Of a stretch of 44,559 bases of DNA, positions 33,714-44,170 are shown one piece after another. The DNA is from a virus, in IMG/VR virus record IMGVR_UViG_3300045988_062990; one strand, written 5' to 3'. The position numbers were made by a program, and so were the translations under genes. The first letter of the stretch is position 1. Each line of letters opens with the position of its first letter. The notes below the pieces were generated by a model. It was not told the origin of the DNA and did no database searches. It saw nothing but the letters and a program-made list of their open reading frames with translations.

Positions 33714-36700
33714 GAACCGTGTCTACTACAATCGAGCAGTTAGAACTTGAAGTACAATCGAGTGCCACATCAGCCGTGGCGCAATTAGACGCGCTTGCTT
33801 CTTCTTTGGGTAAAGTAAAATCCGCTACCAAAGGTGGAGTTGGTCTTACCGCTGTGGCAAGACAGCTTACCACGCTGAATACCGCACTGAACGGTATCAG
33901 CTCCACCAATGCGGATAATCTGAACAAGATGGCACAGGGCTTACAGGCACTTTCCTCTTGCGGAAACCTCAAGCTCTCGTCCTCTGTGGCTAATCAGATT
34001 TCCAACCTTGGGACGGCGGTACGGTCTCTGAATGGGGCTGATTTTTCCTCGCTTGGTCGGCTTGCGGACGCACTTACCCCGCTTTCCACCATCGGCAAGT
34101 CGAACCTCAACAGCTTTATCTCTCAGCTACAGCGATTGCCGCAAGCGGTACAGGGTCTCAACGGAGTGGACATCGGCGGGTTGGGAACACAGATTTCCGA
34201 ACTGGTATCTGCCCTTTCTCCGCTCTCTCAGATGGGTAAGAACAATCTCACCTCGTTTGTGACTCAGCTTGGTAAAATCCCCGCTCTCATGCAGTCTCTA
34301 AAGACGATAAACATTGGGGAACTTGCGTCACAAGTTCAACAGTTGGCAGACGCTTTCGCTCCTCTCGCTACGCAAATGCAAGCCATTTCGAGCGGTTTTG
34401 CGGCGTTTCCGGCAAGAATCCAAAAGCTGATTACCAGTACAAACAATCTGTCGAAGTCGAACGACAAAGCGTCCACGAGCTATGTGAACCTTGCCGCGAA
34501 AATCGGTATCGCAGTGGTAGCGGTCAAAAAAGCCGCTTCCGTATTGGCGAGATTCATCAACAAGTCCAACCAGTATGTCGAGGACTTGAACTTGTTTACA
34601 GCGTCTATGGGCGAGTACGCAAGTGCGGCGCAGGAATACGCGGAGCGTGTCAGTGAAATCGTTGGTATCGACCCCGCCGAATGGTTGAGAAACCAAGGCG
34701 TATTTATGACGATTACCAAGGGTTTCGGTGTGGCAAGTGATAGGGCGTACACGATGAGTCGAAACTTGACTCAGCTTGGGTATGACATTTCCTCGTTCTT
34801 CAACATTCCGTTCGAGGAAGCGTTCCAAAAGTTACAGTCGGGTATCGCGGGTGAGCTTGAACCGCTCCGTAGACTCGGTTATGACCTGTCTGTGGCTCGT
34901 CTACAGCAGGAAGCATACACCCTCGGTATCGAGAAGAAAGTCTCGGCTATGACACAGGCTGAGAAAGCGGAGTTGCGTTACTACGCAATTATGACGCAGG
35001 TAACAACCGCGCAGGGCGATATGGCGAGAACGCTGAACGCTCCTGCAAACCAACTCCGCGTCTTGCAAGCACAGGTAACTCAGTGCGCTCGTGCAATCGG
35101 TAATATCTTTATCCCCGCTCTGAACGCTATCCTGCCGTATGCGATTGCCGTAGCAAAGGTCATTCGGCTTATCGCAAATGCCATTGCAAGTCTGTTCGGA
35201 TTTGCACTGCCGGAGATTGATTACAGCGGTATCGGCGCAACTGTCGGGGGAGTCGCTGACAGTACACAGGACATCGGAGACGGTCTTGGTGACGCTACCA
35301 AAAAGGCGAAAGAGCTGAAAAACGCTCTGCTCGGTATTGATGAACTGAACATTATCTCTCCTCCCGAAGATACAAGCGGGAGCGGTGCAGGTGGTATCGG
35401 TGACATTGGAGGTGGCGGTCTTGGTTTCGACCTGCCGACCTACGATTTCCTTGACGGTGCTATCAGTTCAAAGGTCGATGAGATTGTTCAGAAAATGAAA
35501 GAATGGCTCGGTCTGAACAAGGAAATCGACTCGTGGGCTGACCTGTTCGATACCCGCCTTGGAAAAATCCTGTTAACGGTAGGAGCTATCGGTGCGGGTC
35601 TCGCGGCGTGGAAAATCGCAAAGAGTGTTGCCGATTTCGTGAAGTATATTACCTCGTTCAAGGGATTCGGTGCAGGTTGGGCGGGACTCGGCGCACTTGG
35701 GCTGTTGTCCGACCTCAATGAGTTCATCGGATATTTCCAAGACTTCCTTGAGAACGGCGCAACATTCCAAAATGTTGTCGGTATGATTAGTGAGTTCACG
35801 GGTGCAATCGGTGACTGCTTGATTATCCTCGGTAATCTCAAGATTGGCGGTGCGCTCAAGGTCGTACAGGGTATCGGTGAAATCGCTGTTGCAATCAAAG
35901 ACATTTCCGAAAGCGGTGTAAATTGGGACAATGCTAATACCGCTATCAGAGGTCTCACCAATATCGCAATCGGTATCGGCGTGTTTACGGGCAACCTCAA
36001 GGTGGCGGCATGGGGACTGGCTATCCAAGGCTTTACCTCCATCATCACGGAGATTGGCGCGAATTGGGACGCAATCAAACAGGGCGATTGGAGCGGCGTG
36101 GATAAGGTGACGCTGATTATCGGCGCACTGGAAGTTCTCGGCGGTCTCGCTATGGCGTTAGATGTGTTCTCCAAGCTCAAGGAGGTCGCTATCATCGGTA
36201 AGGCTTCCGAAGCAGTCACGACCGTTGCAACAGCAACAGAAACCCTCGATACCACGGTCAGTACAAAGCTGTCCCCGAACCTCACTTCTCTTGCAAAAAA
36301 CCTCGGTATGGGTATCGTTATTGTCGCGGAAGTCGCGGCGGCGGCACTTCTCATCACAGGTGCAATCATTTTGCTCGGTGAGGGATTAGCACAGGTCGGT
36401 GAATCGTGGCAACCCGTTATCAATAACGGTGGCACGGTCTTAGCGGCTATGGGTATTGGTATCGGTATCTTAGCGGTTGTCGGTATTGTGACCGCTCTGC
36501 TCGGTTCTGTCGGTACACCTCTCATCGTGAACATTGCTCTCGGTACTGCAATTCTCGCAGAGTTGGGTATCGCAACGGGGCTGTTCCTCGTAGAGATTTG
36601 GGCTATCGGTAAGGGCTTGGACGAAATCGGGCAAGCATGGCAACCCGTTCTCGATAACGGGGAAACCATTGCAACGGCTATCGGTCTCGGTACGGCTCTG

Positions 36701-38155
36701 CTTGTCGGTATCGGCGCGGTGACTGCCGCTCTTGGTGTGGCTACGGTCGCAAGTGCAGGTCTGCTCCCGTTGGCTATCGGACTCGGTACGGCTCTGCTTG
36801 TCGAACTGGCGGCGGCGTTCGTGCTGTTCTGTGAGAGCTTGGTCGCTACCGCAGATGAGCTTGGAAACAACCTCGCACCTGCCCTCAACGACCTTAACGG
36901 CAAACTGCCTACGCTGTCCGACAACATGAGCGATTTCGTTGACTTTATGACGGATTTCGCAGATGAGGTCGTTCGGTACACAAAGGTTTCAGCTATTGCC
37001 GGACTGAGCGCGACCATTGACACAATCATCGGTTGGTTTACGCAAGACCCTGTTGAGAAACTGGCAGACGATGTAGAGAACATTTACAACCAAACCACTA
37101 CCCTTAACGAAAAGCTGAACTTGGCTGTACCCGAATTGAAAACGGCAATCGACCTGCTCAAACAGTATAAGGGTTTCCTTACCGAAATGGAAACGCTCTG
37201 CAACAGTAATGTTGAACTGTCCACGGGTATGTTCGTGAACATGAAAGAGGTCGGTCAGAAGCTCGTGACGGGCTTTGTGGACGGCATTAAGTCGAAGTCC
37301 TCTGACTTCTCCAATGCGGCGAAAACACTGGTGGACGGGTTCAAGAACTCGCTGAACACCAACGCCGCAACCTGTAAGTCGAGCTTCATTTCTTGGGCTT
37401 CCAACCTCAAGAACTGGTTTACCTCCGCGTCCTTTGGTGCAATCAACCGAACGACATTCGGCAACTACGCCAAGGATATTGTGAGCGGCTTCAACAACGG
37501 TATCACCAATAACTACGCTACGGCTAAGAGTGGTATGGTGTCGTTTGCGAACACTGTGAAGAACGCTTTTACGGGAATTGTCTCTTACGAGGTGTTCTAT
37601 GACATTGCAAAAGATGTTATCAGCGGCTTCAACAACGGTATCAACGATTTCTACGATACGACAAGACCGTATATGCGGTGTTGGGCGAATGACGCGGCGG
37701 CGGCATACAAAGCGGCGTTGGACTCCAACTCTCCGTCTAAGCGGTTTATGCGTATCGGTGAGGACACCGTTCTCGGCTACAACCTCGGTATCTCCAACCT
37801 TGGCGATACGACAAAGGGCGTTGTGACGGATTGGGCGAACTCGTTTACAAGCGTAAGCCCGACCATGAGCTTTGCCGTAGACACCTCCGCTCTGAAATAC
37901 TACAGCAGTGATTCGTTCGCACAATCTGTTTCCGCTGATGTGGCGGCACACAGCACGGTTACTGCAACGGGCTTCAAGGAGGGCATGGAGGAGTTCTACA
38001 GAGAGTATATCGAACCTACCCTGTCGCAGATGGCAGACGATATGCGTAGACAAGCCGACAAGCAGGAACAGACCGTGGTTCAGATTGGCAACCGTGTTGT
38101 CAATGACGCGGTTACTACTCAGAAAAAAGCCAACGGCTATGTATTCGCACGATAA
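33710..38155 (+). CDS. Tape measure protein (1481 aa)
   Basis: Size, position, and long helical and Gly/Ala-rich hydrophobic stretches. Confidence 0.9.
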   Translation: MRTVSTTIEQLELEVQSSATSAVAQLDALASSLGKVKSATKGGVGLTAVARQLTTLNTALNGISSTNADNLNKMAQGLQALSSCGNLKLSSSVANQISNLGTAVRSLNGADFSSLGRLADALTPLSTIGKSNLNSFISQLQRLPQAVQGLNGVDIGGLGTQISELVSALSPLSQMGKNNLTSFVTQLGKIPALMQSLKTINIGELASQVQQLADAFAPLATQMQAISSGFAAFPARIQKLITSTNNLSKSNDKASTSYVNLAAKIGIAVVAVKKAASVLARFINKSNQYVEDLNLFTASMGEYASAAQEYAERVSEIVGIDPAEWLRNQGVFMTITKGFGVASDRAYTMSRNLTQLGYDISSFFNIPFEEAFQKLQSGIAGELEPLRRLGYDLSVARLQQEAYTLGIEKKVSAMTQAEKAELRYYAIMTQVTTAQGDMARTLNAPANQLRVLQAQVTQCARAIGNIFIPALNAILPYAIAVAKVIRLIANAIASLFGFALPEIDYSGIGATVGGVADSTQDIGDGLGDATKKAKELKNALLGIDELNIISPPEDTSGSGAGGIGDIGGGGLGFDLPTYDFLDGAISSKVDEIVQKMKEWLGLNKEIDSWADLFDTRLGKILLTVGAIGAGLAAWKIAKSVADFVKYITSFKGFGAGWAGLGALGLLSDLNEFIGYFQDFLENGATFQNVVGMISEFTGAIGDCLIILGNLKIGGALKVVQGIGEIAVAIKDISESGVNWDNANTAIRGLTNIAIGIGVFTGNLKVAAWGLAIQGFTSIITEIGANWDAIKQGDWSGVDKVTLIIGALEVLGGLAMALDVFSKLKEVAIIGKASEAVTTVATATETLDTTVSTKLSPNLTSLAKNLGMGIVIVAEVAAAALLITGAIILLGEGLAQVGESWQPVINNGGTVLAAMGIGIGILAVVGIVTALLGSVGTPLIVNIALGTAILAELGIATGLFLVEIWAIGKGLDEIGQAWQPVLDNGETIATAIGLGTALLVGIGAVTAALGVATVASAGLLPLAIGLGTALLVELAAAFVLFCESLVATADELGNNLAPALNDLNGKLPTLSDNMSDFVDFMTDFADEVVRYTKVSAIAGLSATIDTIIGWFTQDPVEKLADDVENIYNQTTTLNEKLNLAVPELKTAIDLLKQYKGFLTEMETLCNSNVELSTGMFVNMKEVGQKLVTGFVDGIKSKSSDFSNAAKTLVDGFKNSLNTNAATCKSSFISWASNLKNWFTSASFGAINRTTFGNYAKDIVSGFNNGITNNYATAKSGMVSFANTVKNAFTGIVSYEVFYDIAKDVISGFNNGINDFYDTTRPYMRCWANDAAAAYKAALDSNSPSKRFMRIGEDTVLGYNLGISNLGDTTKGVVTDWANSFTSVSPTMSFAVDTSALKYYSSDSFAQSVSADVAAHSTVTATGFKEGMEEFYREYIEPTLSQMADDMRRQADKQEQTVVQIGNRVVNDAVTTQKKANGYVFAR

Positions 38156-38167
38156 GGAGGGGTGAGA

Positions 38168-38539
38168 ATGGCTTATTTGGCAATCAACGGTTATGAGCTA
38201 CCTCCTCCGAAGCGAGGAGTACGCCCCACGGTGACTACTGTAGTAGACGCGGGTAGAAACGCCAACGGCTCAGTAGTCGGTCAGCGCGTGGGTCGAGACC
38301 AGTACAAGATTGATGGTCTTGAATGGTCTTGGCTCACCGCCGACCAATGGGCGCAAATATTGAGTGTGCTAAGTCATTTTTTCGTATATGTGACTTTCAC
38401 CGACCCTGTGTCGAACTCCCTCAAGACCGTCAAAATGTACTGCGGCGATAGAACCGCAGAACCCTATTGGGTCGATGAAAACGGGAAACCGACACACTAC
38501 AGAAATTGCAAGGTAAATCTGATTGATTGCGGAGAGTAA
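38168..38539 (+). CDS. Small distal-tail protein (hypothetical)
   Basis: AAGGAGG lies 8 nt before the ATG at 38168. Directly downstream of the tape measure gene. Confidence 0.6.
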   Translation: MAYLAINGYELPPPKRGVRPTVTTVVDAGRNANGSVVGQRVGRDQYKIDGLEWSWLTADQWAQILSVLSHFFVYVTFTDPVSNSLKTVKMYCGDRTAEPYWVDENGKPTHYRNCKVNLIDCGE

Positions 38540-38551
38540 GGAGGGGATTTT

Positions 38552-40774
38552 GTGCAAAAGGTTTCAAAAGCATATAAAGAGAGCATGAAATCCTCTCTCC
38601 GCGAGAGAGCGTATATTATGATTTCGTTCGGTCTGCTCAACCAAGAGGCACAAGCGAAAGCAAAGGTCGAGCAAGGTGATTTCACCTACTACTCCAACTC
38701 GACAAATATCCTGTCCGAAAAGACCGATGATACCATTTATGCTACCCTTGAGGAGAATTTCACCAAGGTTGACGGAACGATGTTCTTTCTTCCTCGACAA
38801 AACGCTTCCAATGCTTACCTTGATACTGGTATCATCAGCGACAAGCTCCTTACACAAGCGCAGTTCGAGCTTACAATCAATCTCAATGTTCCCGCTACGG
38901 ATTTCAAGGGTATTACCATCAATTTCGGTGAGAATTACCCTGTGAATTTCGATTTGGTGAGCAGTAGCGGACAGGTTGTCGAGTTTCGCAATAATACGGA
39001 GGGGCTGTTCAGTACCGAAGAAGTGTTGACAAATACGACCTCGGTGAAACTGGTCGTTTACAGTATGAAGAACCCCCATAGTCGGGTGCGTATCTACTCT
39101 ATCCGATTCGGTTACGGTCTTGTGTACTACAACGACTCTGTAATGGCTTCTTCCCTTGAGAGCTATGTCTCGCCCATCGGGGCAGATGTGCCGCAGATTG
39201 ATTTCTCGGTACAGCTCAAGAACTACGACCACTACTTTAATGTAGATAACCCGAAATCTGCTATCAACTTCCTTGAGACGGGACAGGAAATGGAAATCTA
39301 TTACGGCTATCAGCTTCCTACGGGAGAGGTCGAATGGATTCGAGGAAACCGCCTGTTGTGTTCGGAGTGGGAGTCGGACGATTACACCGCCACTATCCGC
39401 TGTCAAGATGTGTTCCGTAGTATGGACGCGGAGTTCTACAGGGGGCTGTATCGCAGTACAGGTAAGAGCTATTACGATTTGGCTCTTGAGGTATTGGCTG
39501 ACGCGGGACTGACCGATTACTATATCGACCCGCAGTTGAAAAATCTGAAAAGCAAAAACCCCATTCCTCGCGTTCAGCATAAGGAAGCGTTACAGATTAT
39601 CGCAAACGCTTGTCGCTGTGTGCTGTCGCAGACCCGTATGGGCGGTATTCAGATTAAGTCCAACTTCATTCCAGAAGCGGCGGCAAGCGCAAATGCGGAA
39701 GCAACCTATTCCAATGTTGAAAAGATTATGGACGGTACTGCAAAAGACGAGTACGCCACCTTTGCTCAGAACTATACCACGGCAGACGGTAAGATGTTCT
39801 TTCTACCCCGCAATTTTGGAAACGCCACGCTGAATACAGGTTTTGTGTCAGCAGTGCAGTCTAAAGCGGACGGAACATTCACCACCAACCCCGTTGTCAC
39901 GCTTACACAGGAAGTTGCTTGTATGTACTATGGTGTAAAACTGGTATTCGGACACTCGATTCCGGCAGCTTTTACAATCCGAACCTACAATGATGGGACG
40001 CTCGTGACGGAGTACGAGGTCGGGGCTGATGAAATCAGCAAGAACACGGTCATTCACACGGACTTTGACGATTTCGATGTTATGAAAATCGAGTTCACAA
40101 AGACCGCCGAACCGTATAGCCGTATCGTGCTGAATAATTTCAGCTTTGGCGATATTACGGATTTCACTATGACCCGCACAGATATGACCTCCTCTCCGAA
40201 AGCTATCAAGCAGGAGCTTGTCAAGGAGGTAATCGTTCCTTGCTACAGCTATCAGACGGGCAATCAGCAAGAGAACCTTATAAGTGAGGAAGTTACCGTA
40301 ACGGCGGGTGATGTAGAGACCTTTTTCGTTGGTGAACCCTCCTATGGATTTTCTGCCGCACTGGAAAACCAGTCGGGTGGCGTTTCCATCGTGGAGTCGG
40401 GTAACTACTACATCACTGTAAAATTCACTCGGACAGGTACTTTCCGCTTGGAGATTTCGGGGTATCGCTACAAAATCGTGGAACGGTACGCCACCAAAAC
40501 ACTAAACAATCGAGGGAAAACAATCAAGTGGGAAAATCCTCTCATTTCCGATATGGGAATGGCGCAAGACCTCGCGGACTGGCTCGGTGACTATTATCAG
40601 TCCGGCATTGAGTACGAGTACGATACTCGCGGTAATCCCGAAATTGATGTGAACGATATTGTTTACCAAGAGAACGAGTTCCAGTCTGATATGAAAGTAA
40701 ACATCTACCGCCACACCATCATTTTCAATCAGAGCTTTGCGGGTAAGGTCACGGCTCGTAGAACAGGAGGTTAG
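38552..40774 (+). CDS. Large tail/baseplate structural protein (740 aa)
   Basis: GTG start after AAGGAGGGG. Call based on position and size. Confidence 0.7.
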   Translation: MQKVSKAYKESMKSSLRERAYIMISFGLLNQEAQAKAKVEQGDFTYYSNSTNILSEKTDDTIYATLEENFTKVDGTMFFLPRQNASNAYLDTGIISDKLLTQAQFELTINLNVPATDFKGITINFGENYPVNFDLVSSSGQVVEFRNNTEGLFSTEEVLTNTTSVKLVVYSMKNPHSRVRIYSIRFGYGLVYYNDSVMASSLESYVSPIGADVPQIDFSVQLKNYDHYFNVDNPKSAINFLETGQEMEIYYGYQLPTGEVEWIRGNRLLCSEWESDDYTATIRCQDVFRSMDAEFYRGLYRSTGKSYYDLALEVLADAGLTDYYIDPQLKNLKSKNPIPRVQHKEALQIIANACRCVLSQTRMGGIQIKSNFIPEAAASANAEATYSNVEKIMDGTAKDEYATFAQNYTTADGKMFFLPRNFGNATLNTGFVSAVQSKADGTFTTNPVVTLTQEVACMYYGVKLVFGHSIPAAFTIRTYNDGTLVTEYEVGADEISKNTVIHTDFDDFDVMKIEFTKTAEPYSRIVLNNFSFGDITDFTMTRTDMTSSPKAIKQELVKEVIVPCYSYQTGNQQENLISEEVTVTAGDVETFFVGEPSYGFSAALENQSGGVSIVESGNYYITVKFTRTGTFRLEISGYRYKIVERYATKTLNNRGKTIKWENPLISDMGMAQDLADWLGDYYQSGIEYEYDTRGNPEIDVNDIVYQENEFQSDMKVNIYRHTIIFNQSFAGKVTARRTGG

Positions 40775-40776
40775 TT

Positions 40777-41211
40777 ATGGCATGGACAACGCCTAAAACA
40801 GACTGGTACGGTGTCACAAACCCCTCCGATGGGGTATATACGGGAGATAGGTTCAATGCGGTCGATTTCAACCGTATCAAGAACAACCTCACCTATCTGC
40901 GTGAGTTGGCTCTCAAGATGTACGATGAGTTCTCTATCGTCTCCCTCGGTGCTGACCGTACCTATTCGGATTACTTCTATGCTGACGAAATCAATCAGCT
41001 TGAAGAAAATCTGAAAACCATCAACAACAAAACTCTCAAAAGGTCGTATGGTAATCCTCCGACCTATGTAGCAAACGGAAACACAATGGATTTTGCAGAA
41101 CTGAATCGGTTGGAACGCGCCATACTTGACCTCTATGACAGACTCACCAACGAGTCTGAGGGGAGAAGAATGTTCACTTGGAATTTTGGAATGAGAGGAG
41201 GAGACCTGTAA
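40777..41211 (+). CDS. Tail-fibre-module protein (144 aa)
   Basis: Tight packing in the module. MAWTTPKTDW N-terminus similar in style to the next two ORFs. Confidence 0.6.
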   Translation: MAWTTPKTDWYGVTNPSDGVYTGDRFNAVDFNRIKNNLTYLRELALKMYDEFSIVSLGADRTYSDYFYADEINQLEENLKTINNKTLKRSYGNPPTYVANGNTMDFAELNRLERAILDLYDRLTNESEGRRMFTWNFGMRGGDL

Positions 41212-41928
41212 ATGGCATGGGAACTTTTACCCGTAAATTATACGGACGCTGTGTGGAGCGGTCTAAAACGGTACAACACCATCACCAATGAGGACGGTAC
41301 AGTATCGTTCCAAGATGTGACCGCTTACAGCAACAAAGAAAAGTCCTTTTTTGGTGCGAGAGACGCGAACCGTATGAACGAAGCTCTCAATACCCTTATG
41401 TCGATGGTAGAAAACGGTTCTGACCTGTATGAAGCATTTCAGAATTACTTTACCGCTCAGAAAGGACTTTTTGAGGACGAAGCGAACACCAAGCAGGACG
41501 GTTTTACCGCGTATATTACTGCTTTGGAAGCGGAGGGAGACAATGTAATCAACTCCCTTAAAACCGATTACCGCACGGAAATGGACACCTTTGAGAGTCA
41601 GCAACAGGCACTATTTACGACTTGGTTCGAGTTCGTCAAGAGTCAGCTCGGAGAAGATGTTGCCGGAAATCTGCAAAATCAGATTACTGCTCTCGACACC
41701 AAAACGGACGGTTTTGACCCCCGCGCAACTACTTTCTCTGCCGATGGAAAGACCATCACGGAAATCGACTCGGCAGGGAACAAGAAAATCGAAACTGTGT
41801 TCACTTCCGATACAGTTATCACGCAAAAGCTCTTTAAGAAAGAGTCAAACGGAAGTTATTCCCTCGTAAACACTAAGACCATCACTTTCAGTGCAGACGG
41901 TCTAAACATCACAGAGGAGGTAGTGTAA
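41212..41928 (+). CDS. Tail-fibre-module protein (238 aa)
   Basis: The ATG directly follows the upstream stop. Coiled-coil middle section. Confidence 0.6.
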   Translation: MAWELLPVNYTDAVWSGLKRYNTITNEDGTVSFQDVTAYSNKEKSFFGARDANRMNEALNTLMSMVENGSDLYEAFQNYFTAQKGLFEDEANTKQDGFTAYITALEAEGDNVINSLKTDYRTEMDTFESQQQALFTTWFEFVKSQLGEDVAGNLQNQITALDTKTDGFDPRATTFSADGKTITEIDSAGNKKIETVFTSDTVITQKLFKKESNGSYSLVNTKTITFSADGLNITEEVV

Positions 41929-43863
41929 ATGTCTTGGGCAGAAGCAAAATGGACTGTTGACAGTCTGTTGCAGAAAATCGGGCAAGCCCCGAACAACATG
42001 AGGAGCTTTATCGCATACTCGCTTTCCGCGACCAGTATCGGCTTGAAATTTCAAGAACCCGCCGACAGCTATGACGCAAACAACAATCTGATTTGTTCTG
42101 TGGGCGGTGTAATGATTCGCATGAGCGATACTGGTTATCCGACCAAACCCTCTGAGGGAACGCTCGTGGTAAACAACACCAATCTCGGTGCGTATATCAA
42201 CACGCCCTTTACGGTGAACGGACTCACCAAGGGAAAGAAGTATTACTTTTCGGCGTTTCCGTATTCCGTACAGGGCGTTTACAACCTGTCGAGCAATACG
42301 GCAAACAGAGCGGACGCTACCCCCGCCGCGGGTGAAATCGCCAATGTCACCATTTCTATTGACGATGATTCCGCATTTTCCAGTGTGGTAGTCACCTGTG
42401 TCGATGAAACGGAATCCGCGTCTACACAGTCGGCAACGCTCACCAAAACGAAGAAAACAGCTTCCTTTGTCGTGCCTATCGGTCATACCTATCATATCGA
42501 GTACGGTGCAGAGGACGGGTACAGCAAGCCGGATAACACTACACCGAAAGTTTCTGTGGCAGGTACGACCTCGAACTACACGGCAACCTATTACTACTTT
42601 ACGGCTACTATCGCTGTCACCTACCCCGCAGGTGCAACTTGTACCTGTGAGTGTGGGAGTACAAAGTACACCGCTCCTAATACCTCCGGCAATCATACTT
42701 TCCAAGTGCATAATGTCGGCACATGGACAGTAAAGGCAGTTTCCGGCTCTGATACAGACTCTAAGTCAGTATCTATCACTTCCTCCGGGCAGTCTCGTAG
42801 CGTGGAACTGTCTTTCGTGAAAATCTATGGTATCAGTCGTGACATTACGGCTACCTCTCCCGCTTGGGCGAGAACGGATTCTGCTGTCGGTAAGACTGCC
42901 AAAGCCACCGTAGGCACAACGGCGGGTTCGAGTGACTTCAACAACTGCTATCCTTGGAGCGGCATTGTCCGTGAAACCCTGTCCACGGGTGATGTAATGG
43001 TGAAAATCCCCAAGTTTTGGTATCGCCGTTATCGTAGTGGAAATGTGGAATATCTCAAGATTGCGGATAAAGCCACAAGCGGCTTCACGCTTCACCCCGC
43101 GTTCAATCACGGTGGTGTGGTAAAGGATTATCTCTATGTGGGTGCTTATAAGACCACGAGCGGTAACAAGTCCGCTTCCGGCGTAAGCCCGTTGGTAAAT
43201 CAGACGAGAGCGACCATGCGTTCCAATGCGAAAGCAAAGGGTACGGGTTGGGGCATTATCGACATTGCCGCACTCTCCGCAATTCAGATGTTGATTCTCG
43301 TGGAATTTGCCAACAACAATGTGCAGTCCGTCATTGGGCGCGGCTACTGCGACAGCAACAGCTCTGCCCTCAGTACAGGCACTTGCAACAATGTCAGTGG
43401 TCTCACGGGTAGACCTGCCGGAACAGACGGTAAGGTTGATGTAGTTTGGCGCGGTATCGAGGGTCTGTGTGGTAATGTTTGGGAATGGGTTGATGGTGTC
43501 AACTGGAACAACGGCACTTACTATGTGTGCAATGACCCGTCCAAGTACGCAGACGATACCACTACGAACTACACCGCCCTCTCCTTTAAGGGAGCAACGA
43601 ACTGGTCTTCCAGTTATATCACACAGGAGGGGCTTGACACTGGTAGTAATCCTCATGTCATGCTCCCGTCTGCCGCAGGTAGCGGAAGCGAAACGACCTA
43701 TGATTGTGACGCTTGTTGGTCTTCTACTGGTTGGCGCGTCTTCGTACGCGGCGGTGGTTGGGGCAATGGCTCGGGCTGTGGTCTCTTTACGGCTCATTTG
43801 GACGGTGGCTCGTCCGGCTCGCGCTCGAACGTTGGGTCGCGCCTGCTTTATATCCCCTCCTAA
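41929..43863 (+). CDS. DGR target protein: tail fibre / receptor-binding protein with a C-terminal C-type-lectin (FGE-sulfatase-like) fold carrying the VR
   Basis: ..WRGIEGLCGNVWEWVDG.. and the ..GGGWGNGSGCGLF.. C-terminus. The last ~40 codons are the VR. Confidence 0.85.
   Translation: MSWAEAKWTVDSLLQKIGQAPNNMRSFIAYSLSATSIGLKFQEPADSYDANNNLICSVGGVMIRMSDTGYPTKPSEGTLVVNNTNLGAYINTPFTVNGLTKGKKYYFSAFPYSVQGVYNLSSNTANRADATPAAGEIANVTISIDDDSAFSSVVVTCVDETESASTQSATLTKTKKTASFVVPIGHTYHIEYGAEDGYSKPDNTTPKVSVAGTTSNYTATYYYFTATIAVTYPAGATCTCECGSTKYTAPNTSGNHTFQVHNVGTWTVKAVSGSDTDSKSVSITSSGQSRSVELSFVKIYGISRDITATSPAWARTDSAVGKTAKATVGTTAGSSDFNNCYPWSGIVRETLSTGDVMVKIPKFWYRRYRSGNVEYLKIADKATSGFTLHPAFNHGGVVKDYLYVGAYKTTSGNKSASGVSPLVNQTRATMRSNAKAKGTGWGIIDIAALSAIQMLILVEFANNNVQSVIGRGYCDSNSSALSTGTCNNVSGLTGRPAGTDGKVDVVWRGIEGLCGNVWEWVDGVNWNNGTYYVCNDPSKYADDTTTNYTALSFKGATNWSSSYITQEGLDTGSNPHVMLPSAAGSGSETTYDCDACWSSTGWRVFVRGGGWGNGSGCGLFTAHLDGGSSGSRSNVGSRLLYIPS
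43730..43849 (+). repeat. DGR variable region (VR)
   Basis: Gap-free alignment to 43938-44057. There are 25 differences, all where the TR has A. Confidence 0.9.
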
Positions 43864-43868
43864 GGGGG

Positions 43869-43891
43869 TGCGGGGGATTTTCTCCCCCGCA
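43869..43891 (+). promoter_or_regulatory. GC-rich hairpin 5 nt after the target stop codon (DGR target-recognition hairpin candidate)
   Basis: TGCGGGGGA-ttttc-TCCCCCGCA: a 9-bp stem and 5-nt loop with no T-run after it. Confidence 0.65.
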
Positions 43892-43937
43892 TAAGTGGGT
43901 CGATACAAAACAGATAGAACTTCATAAGGCGAACAGT

Positions 43938-44057
43938 AAAAGCGCGTCTTCAAACACGGCGGTAATTGGAACAATGGCTCGAAATGTGGTCTCTTTACGG
44001 CTAATTTGAACAATGACTCGTCCAACTCGAACTCGAACATTGGGTCGCGCCTACTTT
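43938..44057 (+). repeat. DGR template repeat (TR)
   Basis: The A-rich invariant copy of the VR. Non-coding (a TAA at 43937-43939 in the VR-equivalent frame). Carries nine AAY codons at the varied positions. Confidence 0.9.
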
Positions 44058-44170
44058 TGTTAAACAGCAGAAACCTATACAAAATACTGTCTCGCCGTAC
44101 CCATTGGTAAAAAATAGTTTGGAGGGATAGGGTTAGTAAGTCTCTTGAAAGCCCTATAAGAAACAAAAGC
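43938..44170 (+). ncRNA. Predicted DGR RNA (TR plus 113-nt spacer up to the RT start)
   Basis: Inferred by analogy with characterised DGRs, in which TR and the downstream spacer form the template-primer RNA. No transcript boundaries are visible. Confidence 0.5.

Noticed and set aside
35488-37083. A 531-aa ORF on the - strand, together with 36989..38053 (-) and 34328..34828 (-).
   Set aside because: It is antisense to the tape measure gene, low-complexity (Ala/Ser/Pro/Ile-rich) and has no RBS. It is a typical shadow ORF of a Gly/Ala-rich coding strand.
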